Of a stretch of 64,000 bases of DNA, positions 53,749 through 64,000 are shown piece by piece. The notes beneath the pieces were generated by a model. The model was not told the DNA's origin and ran no database searches. It saw only the letters and a program-made list of their open reading frames with translations. The DNA lies in NCBI GenBank assembly GCA_951406725.2, contig OX597815.1, forward strand, positions 168,268,001 to 168,332,000, read 5' to 3'. The translations under genes and the position numbers were made by a program. Origin of the DNA: Octopus vulgaris. Taxonomy: Eukaryota. How positions within the stretch are numbered: the first letter of the stretch is position 1; the number at the start of each line of letters is the position of its first letter.

Positions 53749-53846
53749 CTTTACTAGAAGCCATCTGATAGAGTTCTTTTGCCGCTGTAACATTCATAAC
53801 AATTGGATATTCTACCAATACATGCTTCCCAGCCTCCAATGATTTC
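53749..53846 (-). CDS. BLVRA: Biliverdin reductase A-like exon
   Basis: KSLEAGKHVLVEYPIVMNVTAAKELYQMASSK, with the AGKHVLVEYP signature; phase 2/1. Confidence 0.92.
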
Positions 53847-54632
53847 CTGTAACCAATAATAGTTTTATATTAAAAAAAGGTTTGCATATCTTCCAGACGA
53901 CCATGCGATGGGTCGAGCATGAAGACTTATATTGTAAGTCATCAAAATTGTAACTGCTTTCAGCCGCTTCCATCCTTATACATATATATTATACATAGGA
54001 CGAAGTGGTGAAGCATGATCTTTGAACTTTGGGCTTCACAGAGGCAATGACTAGTGACTGAGGCCTTTGGCAAAATGCTGTGCTTGGGAAGACCCATCAA
54101 GCCAAGTGAAATTGTAGTTGTGGTTGATGCTGGTGCCATGTAACTAGCACCCATGCCAGTGGCACATAAAATACACCTTTTGAGCATTGGGCCTCACAGA
54201 GACAAAGTGGCTGATGCTGGTGGCATGTGAAAAGCTCCTTTTGAGCATTGGGCCTCATAGAGGTAATGACTGAGACCTTTGGCATTATGTCATGCTTGAA
54301 GAAGACCCATCAAGCCAAGTAAAATTGCAGTCTGGCAGTTACCAGTCTACCTTTTACTCTGAGCAAGAGGCCCTTTGTCAGCAGCAGAGGTAAGAGCTCT
54401 CTGAACTTTGCCCAAGCTATTCTTATTCTAGCAGCTACACTTTCAGCGCACCCTCCTCCGCTACTGACTTGGTCACCTAGGTAATGGAAGCTATCAACTA
54501 CTTCTAGTTTTTCTCCCTGGAATGTGGCGGAAGTTGTTCTCTGCACATTTTCCGTGTTTATTGCTCCCAAGCATCTGCCACATACAAAAACTATCTTCCT
54601 AGTTAGCCTTCTTTGATATTATGTGTGCATGC

Positions 54633-54698
<66 letters not shown>

Positions 54699-54767
54699 TT
54701 GTATGTATATATATGTATATACATATGTATATATATGTGTATTAATATGTATGTAAATGTATATATG

Positions 54768-54819
<52 letters not shown>

Positions 54820-55001
54820 CATATATGTGTGTGTGTATATATATATATATATGTGCATGTGTGTGTATATGTGTATGTATATATATATGTGTGTATATAT
54901 ATATATATGTATATGTATATATATAAAGCGCTGGCTTTCAATGGTTTTTCTCACAAGTTTTACAAGACAAGCTACCCTTTTTAACCCAGAGTATCAGTAA
55001 G

Positions 55002-55059
55002 ATCCTCTGATGAGATATATGATTGTAATGATCAGAGTTTGAAATCACGTCATAAGGAT
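55002..55059 (+). ncRNA. Hammerhead motif with degenerate stem II
   Basis: atcct-CTGATGA-[27 nt]-GAAA-tcacgtca-TA-aggat; perfect 5-bp stem I, near-palindromic stem III; follows a TA-rich microsatellite. Confidence 0.6.
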
Positions 55060-57453
55060 ATGTCTGTTTACTTCATTATGTGAGTTTCTCGCTTCCAATC
55101 AATTCATTAGGTTAGTGCTTTGCATGGCTACTTGACTTGTGTTTTTGACTCTTATTTGCTGGTACTAATTTGTACCTTTGTTTATTTACTTGCCTTTAGG
55201 TTTTAATTGTTGTTTAATTTAATTGTTAATTGTTAATTATGTATTTAATATATTTTAGTATATTAATATGATTTAATATCTCATTGTATTTATACCAGTA
55301 TATATAATATATATATATGACAATTATAGTGAATGCAGAGATTAGTACCTCTACATATTTTTTATTTCTATTGTTAATTAATTATCCAGCATGTTTGGTT
55401 TAAATATGACTGATGAGTGTTTCTGCTGCATAGAGAACAAGCAATAGTATTTGCACCCAGCTATTTTCAAATTTGCAACTTTATTCTAGGTTTGTCTACA
55501 GATATCGTCCAAAGCAAACTGAATGTATGCGTGGCAAACATTATTTTGTAAGGTTACCATAGTTTTTGAGAGAAAAGAATGTGGGTAGAATATTTAGAAA
55601 GTTGATATAGCTATAAAATTTACTACCCAGTTGACTTCATCCAGACTTTATTTAGTTTGAAATGAGAATCAGGACCTTTAAGTAGGTCAAAGTATTTTTT
55701 TATGATCCCAGACTTTAGGTGGACTATGAATTTGTGATCTGATTGTTTTGTACAACAGCTAGCTACTAGACAAGGTTAAATTAAATTAGGTTAAATTGAA
55801 CTAAATTATGTTAATTATATGCGGTATGTAGAGCTTATTTCTGAGGGCAATTCTATATTGGTGCATGTATGACTAAATGGTAAGAAGTTTGTTTTCCAAC
55901 CACATGGTTCTGGGTTCATTCCCACTATGTGGCACATTGGGCAAGTGTTTTTTATTCTAGTCTTGGGCTGACCAAAGCCTTTTAAGTGGGTTTGGTAGAT
56001 GGAGACTGAAAGAAGCCTGTCATGTATACATATATGTATGTATTTATGTGTTTGTGTTTGTACCCCTGCCATTGCTTGACAACTGATACTGGTGTGTTTA
56101 TGTCCTTGTAACTTAATGGTTTGGCAAAAGAGACTGATAGAATAAGTACTAGACTTACAAAGAATAAGTCATGGGGTCGATTTCTTTGACTAAAACCCTT
56201 CAAGGCAATGCTCCAGCATGGCCATAGTCAAATGACGGAAACAAGTAAAAGATTAAAAGAATATAATCAAGTTTTAGATTATATGCAGTATGTATGTATG
56301 CATGCATGCATACATGTATATATGTGAGATAATAGTTTCAGTATTAATAGTTTCACTATGTATATGTTATATACCTACTGAAAGTATTATCTCACATTAC
56401 AAAAGAGATGTTATTGTTTCACTTTAGACATGTAAAACTGAAATAGTGTAAGAGTTGAGAGATTCTTCCAGGTTCACATTAGGCATGAAGTTGAAAACCC
56501 TAAGTAAGACATGTGTAAAATTTGACTGAAATCAGTTGGGTAGTTCTCAAGTTTTAGTAATGCACACATACAGACAGACAGACATTCTCAGTTTTATATA
56601 TATAGATGTATATTTATGTGTGTGTGTGTATATATATGCCTATATCGAGTCAAAGATCAAATATGTGAGTTACCCATGCACAATTTTTCTTGGCTCTCTC
56701 TCCTCCTTTCTTATCTTTTTTCCTCCTGTCTTTCACCTCTTTCCTGGACTTTTTTCTTTGTATCTCACAAAGACTATATCAGAAATGTTATACCTTCACT
56801 TTATAACTTTAGCTTTATAACACTTTTCTTTTTCCTTTCTTTGTGGGTCAACCTAATAATATTAACTGCCAATGTCATTTTGACATTTATGGTTTTTTTG
56901 TATTAGAGTTTGTTTTTTATTATTAATTTGCTCTCTCTCTCTCTGTATGTATGTGTGTTTGAGAAGACTTGTCAAGCCAAGTAAAATCTTAGTCGTGCCT
57001 GTTGCCAGGGTCATGTGAATGACGCCAGTGAAATAATGATTGTGGCTGTTGCTGGTAACATGATCTTAGAATGTCGGGCCTCACAGGTTATGACAAGTGA
57101 TAAATACCTTTGGTGATATGCTGTGCTTGAGAAGAGTCATCAAGCCAAATGAAATTGTACTTGTGGCCATTGACAGTGTCATATAAATGGCACCTATGAA
57201 ATCATAGTGGCCACTGTCATGTAAATGGCACATACAGAGAACCCATTACACTCTCAGAGTGTTTGGCATTAGGAAGGTCATCCAGCTGTAGAAACCATAC
57301 CAAATCAGACTGGAATCTGGTGCAGCCCTCCAGCTTACCAGTTTCCAGTCAAACAGGCTGTAGTAGAAAACACTTGCCCAAGGTGCCATGCAGTGGGACT
57401 GAACTCAGAACCATGTGGTTGGGAAGCAAGCTTCTTACCACACAGCCATGCCG

Positions 57454-57511
<58 letters not shown>

Positions 57512-57997
57512 CTGGTACTCTGTTGTTATGATGACGAAGGTTCCAGGTGATCCAATCAATGGAACGGCCTGCTCATGAAATTAATGTGCAACAGGCTGAG
57601 TACTTCACAGACACATATACTCTCAATGTAGCTCACAGGTAGATTCAACATGACACAGAATATGACAAGGCTAGCCCTTCTAAAATTCAGGTACTACTCA
57701 TTTTTGCCAGCTGAGTGGTAGGCAATAACATAAAATATAGTGCCCTGCTCAAAGACACAACATGCCACCAGGAATTGAACCCATGAACTTATGATCATGA
57801 GCCAAATACCCTAACCAATAAGCTATATGCTCCAAACATACACACGTACACACACAACTTAGTGGATGGTAACATCAGATAGATGTGTGTTAGTGTATAT
57901 AACATGGTTTCACTGAACAAATTAATTAGCCCAAAAGCTTATTTTTTCAACAAAACAAAAGTTGGAATGAAATTCATGCAAATTAGCAAAAACTTAC

Positions 57998-58111
57998 CTA
58001 ATTGTCTCTTCATGTGCCTCTGCTTCAGTACAAATTATAATAACTTGAACATCAGATCGATTCAAGGCCTCTGGTAAGGTCAAAGACAACAAATCTAGGT
58101 CAAGCTGACGT
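57998..58111 (-). CDS. BLVRA: Biliverdin reductase A-like exon (Rossmann domain)
   Basis: RQLDLDLLSLTLPEALNRSDVQVIIICTEAEAHEETIR; ttccag|A and AG|gtaagt, phase 2/2. Confidence 0.88.
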
Positions 58112-59022
58112 CTGGAAAAAACAGTTCCAAATAAAAATCAATACATTAATTGGATGAAGAGTTAACAAATTTGTAACATAAATCTCATTTGATGAAAATA
58201 TTACTGAAAGAGGGAAACTCATCAGAACATTCTACATATGAAATACTGTATCATCCTGCATACAAATCAAATTTTTCAAACCAAAATTTACAGCCATGAA
58301 AGGTTCCTTCTCGAGCCATGCCTGGCTCATAAGGGCCGGTTTCCCGGTTTCCTTGGTGTATAAGTTCCCCACCTGGACAGGACACCAGTCCATCGCAGGT
58401 GAGCTGCAAGATGCAGGAGGAAAGAGTGAGAGAAAGTTGTGGCGTAAGAGTCAGCAGAAGTTTGCCATTACTTTCTGCCGGACCCACGTGGAGCTAGGTG
58501 TTTCGCTCATAAACACAATCGCCCGATCTGAGACTCGAACCCACGATCCCTCGACCACGAGTCCGCTGCTCTAACCACTAGGCCATGTGCCTCCACAAGT
58601 CATGAAAGGTAGGTCGACTTATACACCAAAACAACTATAGAGGATCAAAAAGTCCATGTGAAATGCAGGAAGATTTGGAAAGATAGCAATGATGTTTGTT
58701 CACACTATACATTATGTTAACTCGTATGTTGGAAAATATGGTACACACACTGAAGGGCCTCACAGGAAGGCAGCTAATTTGCAGAATCATTAAAGCATTG
58801 GATAAAAGGCTTTGTAATACTTATTCTGATTCTTTGCACTTTAATCTGAAATTCTTGTGCAGTCAAGTTGGCTTTTCACCCTTTTAGGTTGTATAGAAAA
58901 AGTACTAATCCAAGGTAGTGGATTAACAAAACTATTACAGGGTTAGGAAAGATACTTTGCTAAATTTTTCCAATTCTGGGTTGGTTCTGACAGCAACACC
59001 TGTGATGACGCTGGTGCTAAGC

Positions 59023-59423
59023 GGATCTTTTCGGTTTGACCGGCAGTTTTTAACATAATTTCTAGATAACTAAAAAATTTTAAACTTCGTATACTGGTAG
59101 AATGTGTTTATAAAACATCTTTTTCTCTTGGCTTTATTGAGAAATTTCTATAGTTTGTAAGATATTTGTTGCTTTTTTTCTTCAATTTCAACCAATCACT
59201 GACGTCTATTGAGGTAAAAAACATTCTGTGCCATATGAATATGTCCCTCGTTTAAGAAACAGATTGGGTTTATTTACATTGGTGAAGAAAAAAAGATACC
59301 CTTCCCCCCACCCCTAACCCTAAAACAGATTGAAATGCAATAGATCGATACTAGGGTCATAATTATGGGTGACAATTTCATATGACACCGCTAGAAAAAC
59401 TGCCGTTCAAACCGAAAAGATCC
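59023..59423. mobile_element. MITE with GG termini and 8-bp TSD (Merlin-like)
   Basis: TIR ggatcttttcggtttgaccggcagttttt / aaaaactgccgttcaaaccgaaaagatcc; TSD tgctaagc. Confidence 0.8.
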
Positions 59424-60689
59424 TGCTAAGCTGTATTGATCCAAGCCAGTGACCTCTCCCTCAGATATACATCAGTTGCATGGAGAGAGGAGACTTGCAT
59501 GCCTAGGTAACTGCCTGTCCTCCTCAAAATATTTTGCCCAAGTATACACATGCATGTATGAAGGTATGATTAACCTATGATAATAATTCCTTTGAGCAAT
59601 GGTTTAAAGGTTAAAAACAACCAGGGGAGATAACTCCAATTCGATCATCCAATCAAAATTTTTAGAAAATAATGTGATGCAGATGGATGTGAACCTTGTT
59701 TTTAAAGCCAACTGGTGAAAACAACATACATATCAAATTTTCACAATCCAGCTAAATCTATTTGGCTGATAAATATTGGTTTCAAATTTTGGCATAAGGC
59801 CAGCAATTTCGGTGGATAGGGGTAAGTCGATTACATCAACCCCAGTGTTCAACTATTACTCATTTCATCAACCTTGGTAGAAATTGAACTCGCAACATGG
59901 GCGAAATGCTGCAAAGTATTTTGCCTAGTGCAGTAACGATTCTGCCAGCTTGCTGCCTTTCATCTATTAAATATCAAAAGTGATTAGTACATATAGAATG
60001 GGAAAATAATGCAGTGACACTGATTATAACCCGCTTGGGTAATTTATCACCCAGTCTATCACATAACAAACAGCCTGAACATGTTTGTGCTAAGAACTGG
60101 AAACACACAACACCATATGAATGACTTGTTTACAAAAGACGATACGCATAGTTAAGATGTGTCAAGAAGCCTTGAATATGTTTTTCAGTGGACTGAGAGG
60201 AAGCAACACTATCATTTTTTTTCTTTTTTTACAAGTAGCAAACACAAAAGAAGAAGAGGGAAATATAAACTCACTCACATGAACACACATGTCTATGGGT
60301 GTGTTTGAGTAAGTGTGCATTAGTGAATTAAAAGCCAACGAAGAGTTGAAGCTCAAACTTTAAGAATGGGTTCCAGAAATTCTGGAAGTAACATGATTTA
60401 TCATCATCATCAATGTTAGGAAGGGCATCCAGCTGTAGAAACTCTGCCAGATCAGATTGGAGTTTGGTGCAGCCTTCTGGCTTCCCAGACCCCAATCGAA
60501 CCATCCAACCCATGCTAGAATGGAAAGCGGACGTTAAACGATGATGATGATCAACATTTAATGTTTGTTTTCCATGCTGGCATGGATTGGACAGTTTGAC
60601 CAGAACTGGCAGTTGGACCAGGTTCCAGTCTGTTTTAGATTGGTTTCTACAGTTGGATGGCTCTTCCTAACACCAACCACTTTATAGAG

Positions 60690-61184
60690 CAGGAGTTGCC
60701 AAAAGGGGTCTGAGGCACTTCCTAGAGGTCAGTGAGGAATTACAGGGGTCGATGATAGCCAAGGCGTTCAATGGGGGTCAGCCTGCAAAAGACCAGAGCA
60801 CCAAGATGAATTGCTTGAAATACTTAGTCAGTGCCATGCTGGCCCTCACATTGATGCTGTCAATTTCAATAAAAGATATTCCAGCAATATGATGCGTTTT
60901 TCACTTTTTCTAACTGTCAAAACAATTTCATAAAGATTGAAAGTTCAATACTGTATACTCATACATATAATTTTAAATGTAAAAAGTGTGTCATCTTCAA
61001 TAGAATTTCTTAATTTGTTGTACTTGTATATTTTAGCTACCAATTTCAGTACCCGATACGCATTTAAGGTATGGTATGGTAGGGTAGGATATTAAGATAT
61101 TTTAAATGAGGAGGGTGGTCAATGCGGAAGAAGTGCCGGAGGGGGGGGGGGGGGTCGATGATCAAAAAAGTATGGCGACCCCTG
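60690..61184. mobile_element. hAT-type MITE
   Basis: caggagttgcca / tggcgacccctg ends; 8-bp TSD ttatagag. Confidence 0.8.
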
Positions 61185-64000
61185 TTATAGAGTGTGCTGG
61201 GTACTCTTTATGTGGCACCAGCACTAAATTATAAACCCTTAAACCTTTCCATATCAACCCACCTGAGACTGGCTCTGCTCCTGGGATCCAAACTCCCTGT
61301 TTTAAAGTGATCTGAAGTAGAACTTTTCATTAAAATTCCATGTTGATCTTTGCAAGCTTTTGTGTGTGTGTGTGTGTGTGTGTTTATCCCCACCACCACC
61401 ACCACTGCTTGACAACTGGTGTTGGTGTGTTTACGTCCCCGTAACTTAGCAGTTTTGCAAGAGAGACTTAAAAAATTAAGTACTGGGGACAATTCATTTG
61501 ACTAAAAAATCCGGCATGACCACAGTCTAATGAGTGAAATTAATTAAAGGATAAAAGATGAAAAAAATATTTTAAAAACTAATCGAAACAACGACAGTGT
61601 ATTCCGACAGAAATACAATATAATAACAAAAGTATTAACCTGGATAATGGTTAATACTTTCTATCAGTGTATTTAGTTGAATGTGGATTTCAGTGTTATT
61701 ATGGACCTTTGAGTGAAAAAAGAAACTGACTACAAACAATGTATGGTATGAGTTTATGATACAGTTTACTAATGTTAAGGTGGATGAGGAATCTTCTACA
61801 TTGTCACTTCATCTGTAAAAAAAAATAGTAGCTAAATTACTATGGAAACAGTTTTTCTCATAGAGGTCTGCTGGATCAAGTCAAGGCGGCAAGCTGGCAG
61901 AAACGTTAGCACGCCGGGCAAAATGCTAAGCTGTATTTCGTTTGTCTTTACGTTCTGAGTTCAAATTCCGCTGAGGTCGACTTTGCCTTTCATCCTTTCG
62001 GGGGCGATAAATTAAGTATCAGTTGCGTACTGGGGTCGATCTAATCGACTGGCTCCCTCCCCAAAAAATTTTGGGCCTTGTGCCTAGAGTAGGAAAGGAT
62101 CAAGGCTTAACAGGCCAGGGGCTTATCAACAATAGACTACTGTTCTCACCAAGTGGAGATTTATGACTGAAGAAATTGAGTGACTGCGTAGAGAATCTTA
62201 TTTATTTCTGTTTAGCTCTAAGTCTGTTCTGATCAAGTTGATTCATGATTGAAGGCATTTCCGTACACGACAATTTCACCTTTTATTTTCCAGGCAATCA
62301 TATTATGTTGAAATACGAGTTGCGTCTTAATTCAAATAATGTTAGTTTTCCAATATTTCTACATCTAGAGATTAATTTAACATTGAATTTATGTATTGAG
62401 GAATGTAGCTGCTGTTTCTAGCAAGCTGGCGGCTACAGTGCGTGCGCGAGTGAACTTGGCGCTATCATATCTATTCAATATTCAATTTTTTTTTTACATT
62501 TCTGCCTTCTAAAACTTCAATAAAAGACATAATGGTCATGGGTGAGGAAAAAAAGTCACGGTCAGAAGGTTCTTAAAATAGAACGGGCATTTATAAAGAT
62601 GCAGGTTTCGCGCGAGGCACATGTTCAAATAAATGCATTCGAAGCGATGTTTGACCGCCTTTACTATGAAACGCTAATTAAATAACGCTAAGTAAATATT
62701 AGTACAACACCGACTCTTATAATAAGCACTAATTTCCAAGCAGGAACTTCAAATTCCTGCGACCGCCAGATCATTTTACTGGTACAGTATTAATATACTT
62801 GTATCATTTACACTAAGGTACAGGTATTGGTGGAATGGCTTCGGAATCAAAAATTTCGGAAAATCGATTTTGCACCAGTATTACCTGTATAGATTCTAAT
62901 CAATTTGTTCGTCCGAAAAAGTTTGAGAAACAAATCTAGTCGATTGAATACAAGTGTATGCATTATAGTGTGGAGGCGCAATGGCCCAGTGGTTCGGGCA
63001 GCGGACTCGCGGTTTCGATTCGCAGACCGGGCGTTGTGAGTGTTTATTGAGCGAAAACACCTAAAGCTCCATGAGGCTCCGGCAGGGGATGGTGGTGATC
63101 CCTGCTGTACTCTTTCACCACAACTTTCTCTCACTCTTACTTCCTGTTTCTGTTGTACCTGTATTTCAAAGGGCCGGCCTTGTCACTCTCTGTGTCATGC
63201 TGAATATCCCCGAGAACTACGTTAAGGGTACACGTGTCTGTGGAGTGCTCAGCCATTTACACGTTAATTTCACGAGCAGGCTGTTCCGTTGATCGGATCA
63301 ACCGGAACCCTCGTCGCCGTAACCGACGAAGTGCTTCCCATGCATTATAGTCCTTTGTTCATGTCACATTCCTACATGTAAATAAAAATTGTTACTCATA
63401 ACTGCTTCTAAACGCTCCGCTGAGCATTATTTTAAGCAATCGCTGCTGTTCCGCGAAAATTCTAATGATAACAACCGTTTGCTTTTGTTGTTTAGCTGCA
63501 GCTCTGTGCTGATGTTGTGGACCTATGATCAAGAACTGTATAACATTGACCGTCTCGGCTTTTATTCAAACAGTGTATTTGGGACTACATCATCCAATGA
63601 CAAGGTGTCTTTCATCCTTTAAGACAATAGGTTATATGGTCCGAGGGGAGATTCGGCATCTATTTCAAACAGGCAGAACGACCGTGTGGTGTATCCCTCG
63701 TTAACTTGTCCGTTTACATCTCCCATTTATTCTTGTTTGTGTACAGTTAGTAATGTATATACGTATATTTTGGCATAACTACCCCAATTTACTAAGCAAT
63801 GAATATTTTTAATGGAATTCTGCAAAGATACGCTTTCGAGGATACAGATTATATAACTCATCGATTTTGAGGTTGGAGATATGTTTCTGACATAAATCTC
63901 GAAAACAAACAAACTCTTACATAAAAAGGAAAACAAAAACATTTTAAGTGAAAATCTTAAGGTTATAGAAGTTAGTGGTGACAGAGTCTTTCGTGAAGTT

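Noticed and set aside
55410-55450. CTGATGA followed by a hairpin
   Set aside because: GAAA box absent; too decayed to call as a hammerhead
61680-63520. First coding exon of the BLVRA-like gene
   Set aside because: No GxGxxG-encoding exon found; possible splice sites at ~61812 and ~62885 could be UTR exons but are unsupported

Overview
AT-rich, intron- and repeat-dense animal DNA. The SINE families and microsatellites suggest a cephalopod (Octopus-like); this is an inference. Two convergent host genes can be assembled from phase-consistent exons. The first is a + strand NR2E-type nuclear receptor with P-box CDGCRG (PNR-like/NR2E6; six coding exons, 10178-28288). The second is a - strand biliverdin reductase A-like Gfo/Idh/MocA oxidoreductase (six coding exons, 58111-42516). 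Neither first coding exon was found. The rest is mobile DNA: an intact 954-aa Penelope-like element (PLE; RT + GIY-YIG) in a (TA)n tract, a decayed second PLE with an inverted pseudo-LTR, R4-, Tx1/L1- and RTE-like LINE relics, two Gypsy relics, Helitron, mariner/Tc1, hAT, piggyBac- and Merlin-like MITEs, and several tRNA-derived SINE families. The most striking signal is about 12 type I hammerhead-ribozyme (HHR) motifs, intact to decayed. They include an HHR with an ~80-nt stem II insertion at the end of the intact PLE, a palindromic HHR mini-element with a 12-bp TSD, and a non-coding element joining a tRNA-like Pol III head to an HHR tail plus an inverted HHR copy. Together these suggest a PLE-driven system of non-autonomous ribozyme elements. 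All calls were made by eye; no searches or folding were run.
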